A stretch of DNA of 64,000 nucleotides. Source: Alphaproteobacteria bacterium (GTDB taxonomy: Bacteria; Pseudomonadota; Alphaproteobacteria; SP197). The stretch lies in NCBI GenBank assembly GCA_965228895.1, contig OZ245842.1, positions 1,408,001-1,472,000 of the forward strand. Reading direction: 5' to 3'. A model generated the notes under the pieces. That model was not told the DNA's origin and searched no databases. It saw only the letters and a list, made by a program, of their open reading frames with translations. Positions 31,973-42,040 of this stretch are shown here, one piece after another (the stretch's first letter is position 1; each line of letters starts with the position of its first letter). Both the position numbers and the translations under genes were made by a program.

Positions 31973-33594
31973 AGATCCATGCGCAGGAAGCGCACGATCA
32001 AGAGGATCGAGACGACCGCCAAACCGACGCCGGTGCCGATCCAGATGCCGACACCGCCCCAGCCGGCGCCGAAGCCGAGCAGGATGGACGTCGCCAGACC
32101 GACCACCCAGTAGCCGATCAGCGCGTAGATCATCGGCACGCGTGTGTCTTTCAGGCCGCGCAGGACGCCGGCAGCGACGGCCTGGGTCGTATCGAAAATC
32201 TGCATGAACGCGATGACCGCCAGGAACGACAGGGCGATCGGCACCAGCGGCGCGGTGGCCGTGTCTTCCAGGTCAAGAAAACCATCGACGATCAGCGTTG
32301 CGCCGAACCAGATTAAGACCGCGGCGGTCAGTGACGTCATGCCGCCGATGCCAAGGGCAACCCAGCCAGCGCGTCGGACATCGTCATGGCGTCCACCACC
32401 TGCCGCAAGACCGATCCGGACGCTTGCCGCCTGGGCCAGGCCGAACGGCACCATAAAGGCGACGCCGGCTGTCTGCATGGCGATGGCATGGGCGGCTAGA
32501 GTCATGGTGTCGATTAAGCCGGCCATGAACGTCGTCACCATGAAGAGCCCCATCTCGGCCAGGATTGTGAACCCGATGGGGACACCGATGCGCAGCATTT
32601 CGCGCGTGATGGTGGCGTCAATCTTCATGACGCGGGCCCACAGGTGATAACGGCGAAAGCGCCGGTCGGTCAGGATAAAGCCGAGCAGGGCGATCGCCAT
32701 GAACGCGTCCGCGATCGACGTCGCGATGCCGGCGCCGGCCAGCTCCAGACGCGGTGCGCCCCAATTACCGAACATCAGCGCATAGTTGGCTGCCGCGTTG
32801 ACACCGATCGCCAGCACGACGACGACCAGCGCGCTGCGTGGCCGGCTATGGGCTGCGACGAAGTTGCGTAGCACGACGAAGATCATGGCTGTTGGCAGGG
32901 CCCAGATCACCGTGCGCAGATAACCCTCGGCGCGCCGCGCATTCTCCGGGTCTTGGCCGATCAGGGTCAAAACGTCGGCGCCCCACCAAATGCCCGCGCC
33001 GAATGGCAGCGAGAGCGCGAGCACCAGGATGATGCCGCACTGGGTGATCGGCCGGATGTCGCGCAAGCGGCGGGCGCCGAGCGCATGGGCAATCATCGGT
33101 GCCACCGCCGTACCCAGGCCGGTGCCAAAGAAAAAAAAGAGCGCGTTGTAGTTGCTGGCGAGCGAACCGGCGGCCAGGTCATCAGGGCCCAGCCAGCCCA
33201 TCATCACCACGTCGGTCACGGTGATCGCCATCTGCGCCAGAAAGGCGAGCGAGAGCGGTGCGGCAAGAGCGATGAGGGCGCGTACTTCGCTGCGCAAGGG
33301 CGTGGCTGGTCTGCCAGCCAAGGTCTTTGAATGTGTCACGAAAGGGTTCCGTTCCGTCGTTCGGGGCCTTGGTCAAGGCCCGTGTCCAGCCAGGTTGACG
33401 TCACATGGACGTCGGCCGGTCAGAGACGGATAGGACCCGTCAGCAGCCGGCGATGCCGGCCGGTCTCGACATAGGATGGAACGGTGGAGCGAACATGGGA
33501 TCGCTTTTACGGGCGTTCGCCCGTCGCCGTCAACAGCCGATGCGCGTGTACGTGCCGGTGGATGCGCGCGCAGGCATCCACTAACCTTGCGGCC

Positions 33595-35640
33595 ATGCGT
33601 TACCTTTCTGCAGATGTCGGCGGCACGTTTACCGATCTCGTCTTGATCGATTCCGACCGCGTTCACCTCGACAAGGTCGCGTCGACCCCCGGCAGCGCCG
33701 ATGCGGTGCTGGAGGGAATCCGGCGTGTCACGGACAGTGCCGGCCTCAAGCCCGCCGATGTCGATCTCTTCGTGCACGGCTTCACGGTCGGGACGAACGC
33801 TTTCCTGACCCGCAACGGCGCGAAGGTCGCGATGGTGGTGTCCGACGGTTTCCGAGATGTCCTGGAGATCGGCGATCAGTTGCGCCCGCATCTCTATCGG
33901 CTGACCCAGACCAAACCGCTTCCGGTCGTGCCGCGATCGCGCGTGGTCGAGGCTGAGGAACGGTTGGACGCGTTTGGCAACACGGTCACCGCCTTGACCG
34001 AGGACGAGGCGCGACGCGTCGCCGAGCAAACGGGGGGCCTGGAACCGGAAGCGGTCGCCGTGTGTCTGGCCTTTTCCTATCTCGATGCGGGGCCGGAGGA
34101 GATGATCGAGCGGCATCTGGCCGATCTGCTGCCGGGCGTGCCGATCTATCTCTCCAGCCGGGTCAACCCGCAGATCGAGGAGTACCCGCGCGCCAACACG
34201 ACGGCGGTCGCCGGTTATGTCGGTCCGGTCGTCGATCGTTATGTCGCGACGCTCGACCAGGCGCTGGCCGCCGACGGCGTCACCGCGCCCTTGCGCTTGA
34301 TGCGGAGCGACGGTGGTGTCGCGACGCCGGAGGCCGCGCGCCAGAACCCGGCCGCCATGCTGCTGTCGGGTCCGGCCGGCGGCGTCATTGCCGGTGCGGC
34401 CATGGCCGCTGAGCTCGACGTCGCCAATCTCGTCACCTTCGATATGGGCGGCACGTCGGCGGACTTCTCCGTCGTCGCCGACGGCGAGCCGCGCATGGTG
34501 ATGGGCCGCGAGATCGACGGCCAGCCCTTGCGCCTGCCGACGCTCGACATCGAGACCATCTCGGCCGGCGGCGGCTCGATCGCCCATGTCGACTTGGGTG
34601 GCGGCTTGCGTGTCGGACCGCAATCGGCCGGCGCCGATCCGGGCCCGGCCTGTTACGGTCAAGGCGGAAGCGACGCGACGGTAACCGATGCCGCCGTGGT
34701 GCTTGGTATTCTCGACCCCGGCGAATTTCTTGGCGGCGAAATGACACTGCATGCCGACCTTGCGAAACAGGCCGTCGAAAAGACTATCGCGGAACCCTTG
34801 GCCCTTTCTCTCGAAGAAGCCGCGCTGGGCATCGTTCGCGTTGCCAGTGCCGGCATGATCCAGGCGATCCGCAAGCTCTCGGTCGAACGCGGCCTCGACA
34901 TCCGCGACTTTGCATTGCTGGCGTTCGGTGGGGCCGGGCCGATCTATGCGCCCTTCATGGCGCGCGATCTCGGTATGGCCGAGGTGCTGGTGCCGACATC
35001 GCCCGGTGTCTACGCCGCGCAGGGTCTGTTGATGTCCGACATTCGCCACGCCCGCCAGGCCGCCTGGCAGCGGCGCTTCAGCAAGGTCGACGAAGACGCG
35101 CTGACCGAGCGGTTGCTGGCGCTTAAGGCAGACCTCGATGACGCGCTCGCCCGCGACGGTATCGGGGAAGGCGACCGCTACTACCGATTTGCCGCCGACA
35201 TGCGCTGTGTCGGTCAGTTCCACGAGCTTCTGGTGCCGTTGCCCGAGCCCGGCGCGCCTGGCTGGTGGCAGGCCGGCGAGGTCGCGGCCGCCTTTCATCG
35301 TCAGCACGAACGCGCCTACGGCCATACCGACGAGGCGGTACCGGTCGAATTCGTCAACCTGCGCGTCGATGCCTTCGGCCGCACGCCCAAGGCGGCGTTG
35401 GCCAAGGCGGATGGTGTGGCTTCGGGCGCGCCGGAACCGGCGGGGCGGCGGCCGGTCTGCCTGGACTCAGCGAAGGGTTTCGAAGACGTGCCGGTCTATC
35501 GGCGGGATGACTTGAGGCCGGGCCATGCGATCGACGGACCCGCCGTTATCATCCAGCGCGATACCACGACCGTGCTGTTGCACGGTCAGAGCGCGACGGT
35601 GGCGCCGAACGGTGTCATCCGCATCAAGGTGGCGTCATGA
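33595..35640 (+). CDS. Hydantoinase/oxoprolinase family subunit A (second copy)
   Basis: ADVGGTFTD, HGFTVGTNA, LLSGPAGG, DMGGTS, GPQSAGADPGPACYG. Confidence 0.92.
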   Translation: MRYLSADVGGTFTDLVLIDSDRVHLDKVASTPGSADAVLEGIRRVTDSAGLKPADVDLFVHGFTVGTNAFLTRNGAKVAMVVSDGFRDVLEIGDQLRPHLYRLTQTKPLPVVPRSRVVEAEERLDAFGNTVTALTEDEARRVAEQTGGLEPEAVAVCLAFSYLDAGPEEMIERHLADLLPGVPIYLSSRVNPQIEEYPRANTTAVAGYVGPVVDRYVATLDQALAADGVTAPLRLMRSDGGVATPEAARQNPAAMLLSGPAGGVIAGAAMAAELDVANLVTFDMGGTSADFSVVADGEPRMVMGREIDGQPLRLPTLDIETISAGGGSIAHVDLGGGLRVGPQSAGADPGPACYGQGGSDATVTDAAVVLGILDPGEFLGGEMTLHADLAKQAVEKTIAEPLALSLEEAALGIVRVASAGMIQAIRKLSVERGLDIRDFALLAFGGAGPIYAPFMARDLGMAEVLVPTSPGVYAAQGLLMSDIRHARQAAWQRRFSKVDEDALTERLLALKADLDDALARDGIGEGDRYYRFAADMRCVGQFHELLVPLPEPGAPGWWQAGEVAAAFHRQHERAYGHTDEAVPVEFVNLRVDAFGRTPKAALAKADGVASGAPEPAGRRPVCLDSAKGFEDVPVYRRDDLRPGHAIDGPAVIIQRDTTTVLLHGQSATVAPNGVIRIKVAS

Positions 35641-35674
35641 TGATCGAGGCCGCGCCGCTTACAGGAGAAAGCCC

Positions 35675-37336
35675 ATGACCTCCATCGATCCGATCAGCCG
35701 CGATGTGTTCCAGCATCAGGTCGCCGGCATTGCCGAGGAGATGTCGATGGCGCTGCGCCGCGCCGCCTTCTCGTCGATCATCTGGGACATGTACGACTAC
35801 GCCTGCGGCCTCTTCACGCCGGAGGGCGACATGCTGAGCCAGGCGGAAACCATTCCCGCCCAGCTCGGCATCATGTCGACGGCGATTCAGTACATGTTCA
35901 AGTCGATCCCGCGCGAGGAATGGAAACCCGGCGACGTCATCGTGTGCAACGACCCCTATCACGGTTGCACGCACACCATGGATATCTGCCTGTTCAGCCC
36001 GGTGTTCCACGACGGCGAGATGATCGCCATCACCTCGACCATCGCGCACCACGTGGATATCGGCGGCAAGGTGCCGGGATCGGAAGGCCCGGACAACCTG
36101 GAGGTCTTCGCCGAGGGCATCATCCTGCCGCCGCTTAAGCTGATGGAGGCGGGCGAGCCGAACCAGGCGATCTTCGACATCATCGCCAACAATGTCAGGG
36201 ATCCCGATGGGTCGGCCGGCGATTTGCGCGCCCAAATCGCCGGCTGCCGCACCGGCGAACGACGCCTGGCCGAGCTGGCGCAGCGTTACGGCAACAAGGC
36301 CTTCGCCGACCTGTGCACGGCCTGCCTCGACTACAACGAGACCTTCATGCGCCGCGCCATCGAGGCGATCCCCGACGGCACCTACGACGCCGAGGTATTC
36401 ATCGAAGACGACGTGACGACGGATCGACCGAACCGCTTGCACGCGGCCGTCATCGTCGCCGGCGATGCGCTCACCGTCGACGTGACGGGATCCGAGGATC
36501 AGCGGGCCAACGGCCTCAACTGTCCGGAGGCTTCGACCCACTCTATGATCCACTATGCGGTCAAGTGTATCGTCGCCCCGGAGCTGCCGCAGAACCAAGG
36601 CTGCGATCGGCCGGTCACCATCGCGACGCGGCGGGGGTCGATTTTCGATCCGATTCGTCCGGCCGCTGTCTCGGTGCGGCATATCACCCAGCAGGCTCTG
36701 GCCGATGTGGTCCTGCGTGCGCTGGCGCCGGTTGGTGGTGCGAACGCCGCGGCAGCATGCCAGACATCGTTCCCGTCCTTTGTCCTCGGCGGCTTCGACG
36801 ATCGCCCGGAGGTCGCGAACGATGACGGCAGTCAGCCGTACTACATCATCGCCGACATTCTGGGCGGCGGCATGGGCGGCGGGCCGATCGCTGACGGTCT
36901 GAGCGCGGTCGACACCCATGGTGGCAACTGCGCCATCCTTTCCGCCGAGATCATGGAGACGTTGTCGCCGGTGCGGGTAAGACGCACACAGTTGGTCGAA
37001 GGTTCCGGCGGCGTCGGCGAACACCGCGGTGGGCTCGGCATCCAACGCGACTTCGAGGTTCTGGCCGAAAGCGGCATCCTGACCGGCTATTGCCAGGAAA
37101 CCCGCGATGACACGGCGCCGTGGGGTTATGCCGGCGGCGGTCCCGGCGGCAAGGCGATGCTGATCAAGAACCCGGGGACGGCGAGTGAAGAAAATCTCGG
37201 GAGCAAGATTGTCGGTCTTCTCCTGAAGCGCGGTGATGTGTTGCGAGCCGTCGGCGCCGGCGGCGGCGGCTGGGGCGACCCGGCCAAGCGCGACCGGGCC
37301 CTTGTCGAACGCGACCGCGCAGAAGGTTATGTCTGA
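35675..37336 (+). CDS. Hydantoinase B/oxoprolinase family subunit (second copy)
   Basis: NDPYHGCTHTMD, HHVDIGGKVPGS, AEG, GSGGVGEHRGG, GGGGWGDP; AGGAG SD before ATG at 35675. Confidence 0.92.
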   Translation: MTSIDPISRDVFQHQVAGIAEEMSMALRRAAFSSIIWDMYDYACGLFTPEGDMLSQAETIPAQLGIMSTAIQYMFKSIPREEWKPGDVIVCNDPYHGCTHTMDICLFSPVFHDGEMIAITSTIAHHVDIGGKVPGSEGPDNLEVFAEGIILPPLKLMEAGEPNQAIFDIIANNVRDPDGSAGDLRAQIAGCRTGERRLAELAQRYGNKAFADLCTACLDYNETFMRRAIEAIPDGTYDAEVFIEDDVTTDRPNRLHAAVIVAGDALTVDVTGSEDQRANGLNCPEASTHSMIHYAVKCIVAPELPQNQGCDRPVTIATRRGSIFDPIRPAAVSVRHITQQALADVVLRALAPVGGANAAAACQTSFPSFVLGGFDDRPEVANDDGSQPYYIIADILGGGMGGGPIADGLSAVDTHGGNCAILSAEIMETLSPVRVRRTQLVEGSGGVGEHRGGLGIQRDFEVLAESGILTGYCQETRDDTAPWGYAGGGPGGKAMLIKNPGTASEENLGSKIVGLLLKRGDVLRAVGAGGGGWGDPAKRDRALVERDRAEGYV

Positions 37337-37446
37337 GCGCTGAGACCACGTACTTTGTCGGCGGCCGCCTTGGTATGTACGATCCCAGGTGCGCGTCGCC
37401 GCGCATGCCGAATTCTTGAACCATCCACCCACGAGGGGCAGGGACC

Positions 37447-38223
37447 ATGACCTTCCAGATCGCCGAGCGCTGGTTCGAGCGCAAGAAGATCGATGACGAC
37501 ATCACGCTGATCTGGGAACCCCATGTCGATCCCCTGGGCCGCTGCAACATCTGGCATGTCCGGGGTTCGGAGACCGACCTTCTGGTCGACACCGGCATGG
37601 GCATCAAGGAGCTGAAGCCCGCGATCCAAGATCTTTTCGGAAAAGGCGTTATCGCCTTTGCGACACACACCCACTTCGACCACGTCGGTGGCCTGCACGA
37701 ATTCGAACATCGCATCGTTTCCAAACACGAGGCGGCAATCATGGAAGACGCCGATAACCGTTTCTCGCTTTACCGCGAGGACATGGAACCGGAGATCGTC
37801 AAGTGCATTGAAGACTCCGGCTACAAGATTTCCGATTGCCTGATCGATGCCTTGCCGCACCCCGGCTATGACGCGCGCGCCTATAGGGTCGAGCCGGCGA
37901 AGCCGACGCGTGTGGTCGACGAAGGCGACGAGGTCTCGATCGGTAACCGCAAGTTCGAGGTCCTGCACTTGCCCGGCCACTCACCCGGCAGCGTAGGCCT
38001 GTGGGAAGCGGAGACCGGGACACTTTTCTCCGGCGACTCCGTCTACGATGGGCCGCTGCTGGACATGCTTCCGGAATCCGATATCCCGACTTACATCAAA
38101 ACGGTTGAGCGGCTCATGGCGTTGCCGGTCAGCGTCGTTCACGCCGGCCACGACCCCAGCTTTGGCCGTGAGCGCCTGGTCGAATTGTGCCGTGGCTATC
38201 TGGAGATGCGCGCGGCAGCCTAG
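37447..38223 (+). CDS. Metallo-beta-lactamase fold hydrolase
   Basis: LVDTG, THTHFDHVGG, PGHSPG, FSGD, AGH. Confidence 0.92.
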   Translation: MTFQIAERWFERKKIDDDITLIWEPHVDPLGRCNIWHVRGSETDLLVDTGMGIKELKPAIQDLFGKGVIAFATHTHFDHVGGLHEFEHRIVSKHEAAIMEDADNRFSLYREDMEPEIVKCIEDSGYKISDCLIDALPHPGYDARAYRVEPAKPTRVVDEGDEVSIGNRKFEVLHLPGHSPGSVGLWEAETGTLFSGDSVYDGPLLDMLPESDIPTYIKTVERLMALPVSVVHAGHDPSFGRERLVELCRGYLEMRAAA

Positions 38224-38240
38224 GTCGCCTGGGTTCCCGG

Positions 38241-38882
38241 TTAGGCCGTTTCGATCATGGGAGCTGCTGCCGGAATTGCCTTCGCCAGCGCATCCAGGCC
38301 CGCTTTGTTGTCATTCTGCTTCATCAGGGCGACCGACTCCGCTAACAGGGTCTTGAAGTCGAACGGCATTTCCGTCTTTCCGTCGGATGTCCAAAGACTG
38401 CGTTGACCCATGACAGCATGAAAATCGCCACCATAGATATGAAGCGAGCGTCCCGTCTCATCGAGCGGGTTCTCGATGCGGTGAATGGCGTCATCCGGCA
38501 TGCTGACGGCCTCGCCCGCCTTCGTCGACACCGATCCCATATCGCGCAGGCCACCGTCGGGTGATCTTTGGTAACCCGTGTCAATCTCCTCGCCGACCAG
38601 CTGACCGATGCAGGCGAACACCGTGTGGTTGTGAATGGCGCTTTGGAACCTCGGTGGAATGCGCGCGTAGAGCATGGTGAGCTCCGGCGACGTGTGGACG
38701 ATCATCTCGCCGATATCCGCGCCATCGGGAACAGCCGCTTCAAGCGCGTCGATGATCTGCGCGGTGCCGCAGTCCGCCATGGTTGCCTCGAGATAGCTCT
38801 TGGCTGCCGCCCGCCTGTCGTCGGACTCCGCCATGGCCTGCTTGCAGCCCTCGGCGAATCCGTCAATGGAAAACGTCGTCAT
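38241..38882 (-). CDS. Cysteine dioxygenase-like cupin
   Basis: IHNH, DAIHRIEN, SLHIYG; start MTTFS at 38882. Confidence 0.8.
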   Translation of the reverse strand: MTTFSIDGFAEGCKQAMAESDDRRAAAKSYLEATMADCGTAQIIDALEAAVPDGADIGEMIVHTSPELTMLYARIPPRFQSAIHNHTVFACIGQLVGEEIDTGYQRSPDGGLRDMGSVSTKAGEAVSMPDDAIHRIENPLDETGRSLHIYGGDFHAVMGQRSLWTSDGKTEMPFDFKTLLAESVALMKQNDNKAGLDALAKAIPAAAPMIETA

Positions 38883-39026
38883 GTCGGCCCCCTGATCATT
38901 CCCCGCTGGCTGAGGCAGTATTGACCGGATGCAGCTTTGCGAAAACATCGCGGCGGTGGTGATCGTTCATCCTTTGACCACCGCAGCCATGGATGGAAGA
39001 GTGCGTGCAGCGAGAGGGAGGTGCTG

Positions 39027-39944
39027 TTGGCCGATGGTTTGATGACGGGAAAGGCGGTGCTGGTGACTGGCGCCGGGCGCGGTATTGGTCGTGAGATCGC
39101 TCTGCTCATGGCAGCGGAAGGTGCCGATGTCGTGGTCAACGATCTCGGCGCGTCGCTCGATGGCGCTGGCGCGGATGAAGGGCCGGCGGCCGAGGTCGTC
39201 GCGTCGATCAAGGACGCCGGGGGACGAGCAGTCCTCAACGCCGACAGCGTCGCTGATGCGAAGGGCGGCGAACGGATGGTCGAAGCGGCGCTCGACGCCT
39301 TCGGGCGCATCGATGCGGTGGTGAACAACGCGGGCATTCTGCGCGACGCCATCTTCCACAAGATGAGCCATGCGGACTTCGAGGCGGTGATTGACGTCCA
39401 CCTGCGCGGCAGCTTCAACACCAGCCGCGCCGCCGCCGCGTATTTCCGCGAGCAGGGCTCCGGCGCCTTCGTCCACTTCACCTCCACATCCGGGCTGATC
39501 GGCAACATCGGCCAGGCCAACTACGCGGCGGCCAAGATGGGCATTGTCGGGTTGTCGCGCGGGATCGCGGTGGACATGGCGCGTTTTGGCGTGCGTTCCA
39601 ATTGCATCGCCCCGTTCGCGTGGTCGCGCATGATCGGTTCCATCCCGACCGAGACCGAGGAGCAGCAGGCCCGCGTCGACAAGCTGAAGTCGCTGACGCC
39701 GGCCAAGATCGCTGCCATGGCCGTTTTTCTGGCGAGCGACGCCGCCGCCGAGGTTAGCGGGCAGATCTTCTGCGTGCGCGGTGACGAGGTTTTCCTGATG
39801 AGCCAACCCAGGCCGCTGCGCTCGTTGCATCGCGACGGCGGCTGGACACCGCAGGCGCTGGCCGATCAGATGCTGCCGGCCTTCAAGGGTGACCTTTATC
39901 CGCTCGACGTGTCCGGCGACGTCTTCTCCTGGGATCCCGTGTGA
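39027..39944 (+). CDS. SDR, 3-hydroxyacyl-CoA dehydrogenase of the MFE-2 type
   Basis: TGAGRGIG, VVVNDLG, NNAGILRD, GNIGQANYAAAK; TTG start after GGAGG (alternative ATG at 39042). Confidence 0.9.
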   Translation: MADGLMTGKAVLVTGAGRGIGREIALLMAAEGADVVVNDLGASLDGAGADEGPAAEVVASIKDAGGRAVLNADSVADAKGGERMVEAALDAFGRIDAVVNNAGILRDAIFHKMSHADFEAVIDVHLRGSFNTSRAAAAYFREQGSGAFVHFTSTSGLIGNIGQANYAAAKMGIVGLSRGIAVDMARFGVRSNCIAPFAWSRMIGSIPTETEEQQARVDKLKSLTPAKIAAMAVFLASDAAAEVSGQIFCVRGDEVFLMSQPRPLRSLHRDGGWTPQALADQMLPAFKGDLYPLDVSGDVFSWDPV

Positions 39945-40816
39945 GATCAACGGTGGCGATTGATTCTGCAGCCGTTGCGGCCTTTGACATCCCGCCCTTC
40001 TCAGGCGCCTACACGGCCCATGACAGTGTGATCTACCACTTGGGTCTGGGCCTAGGGCACGACCCCGTCGACCGCGACGTCCTGCCGTTCGTCTACGAAC
40101 CCTGGGGACCGAAGGTTCTGCCGAGCGTCGTCACGGTGGCCGGTGACCCCAACCATTGGCTCGCCGATTCCACGCTGGGCCTGCGCGACGTGCCCAACGT
40201 GCATGGCGACCAGACGATCATCATCCACGCCCCTCTCCCGGCCGACGGGTCTGTCACCAGCCGATCCCGCATCACTGGTCTCTATGATAAGGGCGCTGGC
40301 AGTCACGCCATTCTGACCTTCGAAGAGGAGATCGTGGATGCGGAGACCGGTCAAGCCTTGGCGACCCAGCTCCAGACCGACGTTTTGATCGGTGGTGGCG
40401 GATTTGGCGGAGAGCCACCGCCGCCGTCCGCGCGCGTCGCGATGCCTGAGCGCGCGCCCGATGCCGTCCGCGATCATCCCGTCGCGCCGGAGGCCGCTCT
40501 GATCTATCGCCTGTCCGGCGATCACTATGCGCTGCATGTTGAGCCTGAGTTTGCGCGCGATGCTGGATTCGATGGACCAATCCTGCATGGACTCACGACC
40601 TATGGCATCGCCTGTCACGCGGTTGTTGCGTGTTGCTGCGACCATGCGCCCGAACGCATCGTGCGTTTCCATGGCCGCTTTTCGGCGCCGGTCTATCCCG
40701 GCGAAACCCTGCGCACTTCCCTGTGGCGCGATGGGTCGGCCGTGTGGTTTGAAACCCGCGCGGTCGACCGCGACATCGTCGTGCTGGCGAACGGCCGCGC
40801 CGAGCTGAAAGGATAG
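39941..40816 (+). CDS. MaoC-type double hot-dog (R)-enoyl-CoA hydratase, copy 1
   Basis: VHGDQ, DKG, GGFGG, YRLSGDHYALH, PILHGL, RFSAPVYPGETL; GTGA overlap (alternative start 39953). Confidence 0.88.
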   Translation: MRSTVAIDSAAVAAFDIPPFSGAYTAHDSVIYHLGLGLGHDPVDRDVLPFVYEPWGPKVLPSVVTVAGDPNHWLADSTLGLRDVPNVHGDQTIIIHAPLPADGSVTSRSRITGLYDKGAGSHAILTFEEEIVDAETGQALATQLQTDVLIGGGGFGGEPPPPSARVAMPERAPDAVRDHPVAPEAALIYRLSGDHYALHVEPEFARDAGFDGPILHGLTTYGIACHAVVACCCDHAPERIVRFHGRFSAPVYPGETLRTSLWRDGSAVWFETRAVDRDIVVLANGRAELKG

Positions 40817-40820
40817 GCTG

Positions 40821-41681
40821 TTGGCCATTGACTACGATCGTTTGAAAGCCTGGTCGTTTCCCGAGGACACGCGGATCTGGACCTGGGCGGAGACGGCGCT
40901 CTATGCGCTCGGCGTCGGTCTTGGACACGATCCGCTTAACGAACAGGCGCTGCGCTTTGTCTACGAGAAGGACATGAAAGCGCTGCCCACCATGGCGGTG
41001 GTCCTGCAGCCGACAGGCTTCTGGCTGCGCGATCCGGAGACAGGTGTCGACTGGCGTCGTGTCGTGCATGGCGAGGAGAGTCTGGTCCTGCATAAGACAC
41101 TTCCCGTCGAAGGCCGCTTCTTTACCCGCAGCCATATCGAGGAGATCATCGACAAGGGCGAGGGGCGGGGCGCCTTGATCTATATCTGCCGCGATATCGT
41201 TGACGCGGACAGCAACGATACCGTTGCGACGATCAGGCGCACCACCTTCGCCCGTGGCGATGGCGGCTTCGGCGGCCCGTCGGGCCCGGTGCGCCAGCCC
41301 CATCCGATGCCCGAGCGCGAGCCGGATTACGTCTGCGACCTCCCGACCTTGCCGCAACAGGCGCTGATCTATCGCTTGAACGGTGACGACAACCCGCTGC
41401 ACGCCGATCCGGATGTCGCGCGCGATGCCGGTTTCGAGCGTCCCATTCTGCATGGTCTGTGCACGTTCGGTGTTGCCGGCCATGCGGTGCTCAGGACATT
41501 GTGCAAATACGATCCCACGCGTTTCAAACGTCTGGACGTGCGATTTTCGGCGCCGGTCTTTCCGGGCGAAACGATCCGCACCGAGCTATGGGTCGATGGC
41601 CCCGTGGTATCACTGCGCGCCCGCGTCGCCGAACGCGATGCCATTGTCTTGAACAACGGATTGGTGGAGCTAGCAGCATGA
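40821..41681 (+). CDS. MaoC-type double hot-dog (R)-enoyl-CoA hydratase, copy 2
   Basis: VHGEE, DKGEGRGA, YRLNGDDNPLHADP, PILHGLCT, RFSAPVFPGET. Confidence 0.92.
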   Translation: MAIDYDRLKAWSFPEDTRIWTWAETALYALGVGLGHDPLNEQALRFVYEKDMKALPTMAVVLQPTGFWLRDPETGVDWRRVVHGEESLVLHKTLPVEGRFFTRSHIEEIIDKGEGRGALIYICRDIVDADSNDTVATIRRTTFARGDGGFGGPSGPVRQPHPMPEREPDYVCDLPTLPQQALIYRLNGDDNPLHADPDVARDAGFERPILHGLCTFGVAGHAVLRTLCKYDPTRFKRLDVRFSAPVFPGETIRTELWVDGPVVSLRARVAERDAIVLNNGLVELAA

Positions 41682-42040
41682 GCGGACCGGACGCGCAGTA
41701 TTACGCCTATCTGAAAGCCGGCAGCCTGCATATCCAGCGGTGCGGCGCGTGTGAGCGGTTCATTTTCTATCCGCGGATCCTGTGCCCCCATTGTGGCGGC
41801 GCCGATCTCGAATGGCGGCAGGCAAGCGGCCGCGGCACGGTTTATGCCACGACGGTTATCCGCCGACGCCCTGAACAGGGCCCTGCCTACAACCTCTGCC
41901 TGGTGGATCTGAACGAAGGCATCCGGTTGACCAGCCGGGTCGAGGGTTTGGCGCCCGAGGACGTGGCCATCGGGATGCCGGTCCAGGCGCGTATTGCCGA
42001 GCAGGACGGTGAACCCATCGTCGTCTTCGATCCGGCATGA
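41678..42040 (+). CDS. DUF35 Zn-ribbon/OB-fold protein
   Basis: QRCGAC...FYPR..CPHC, SGRGTVY, VDLNEG, IGMPV; ATGA overlaps on both sides. Confidence 0.9.
   Translation: MSGPDAQYYAYLKAGSLHIQRCGACERFIFYPRILCPHCGGADLEWRQASGRGTVYATTVIRRRPEQGPAYNLCLVDLNEGIRLTSRVEGLAPEDVAIGMPVQARIAEQDGEPIVVFDPA

Noticed and set aside
33131-33138. A8 homopolymer in the MATE gene as a phase-variation tract
   Set aside because: It encodes a Phe run in a transmembrane helix, is short, and the frame is intact.
33340-33594. FMN or other known riboswitch upstream of the MATE gene
   Set aside because: No conserved FMN, TPP, SAM or cobalamin signature was found on either strand.
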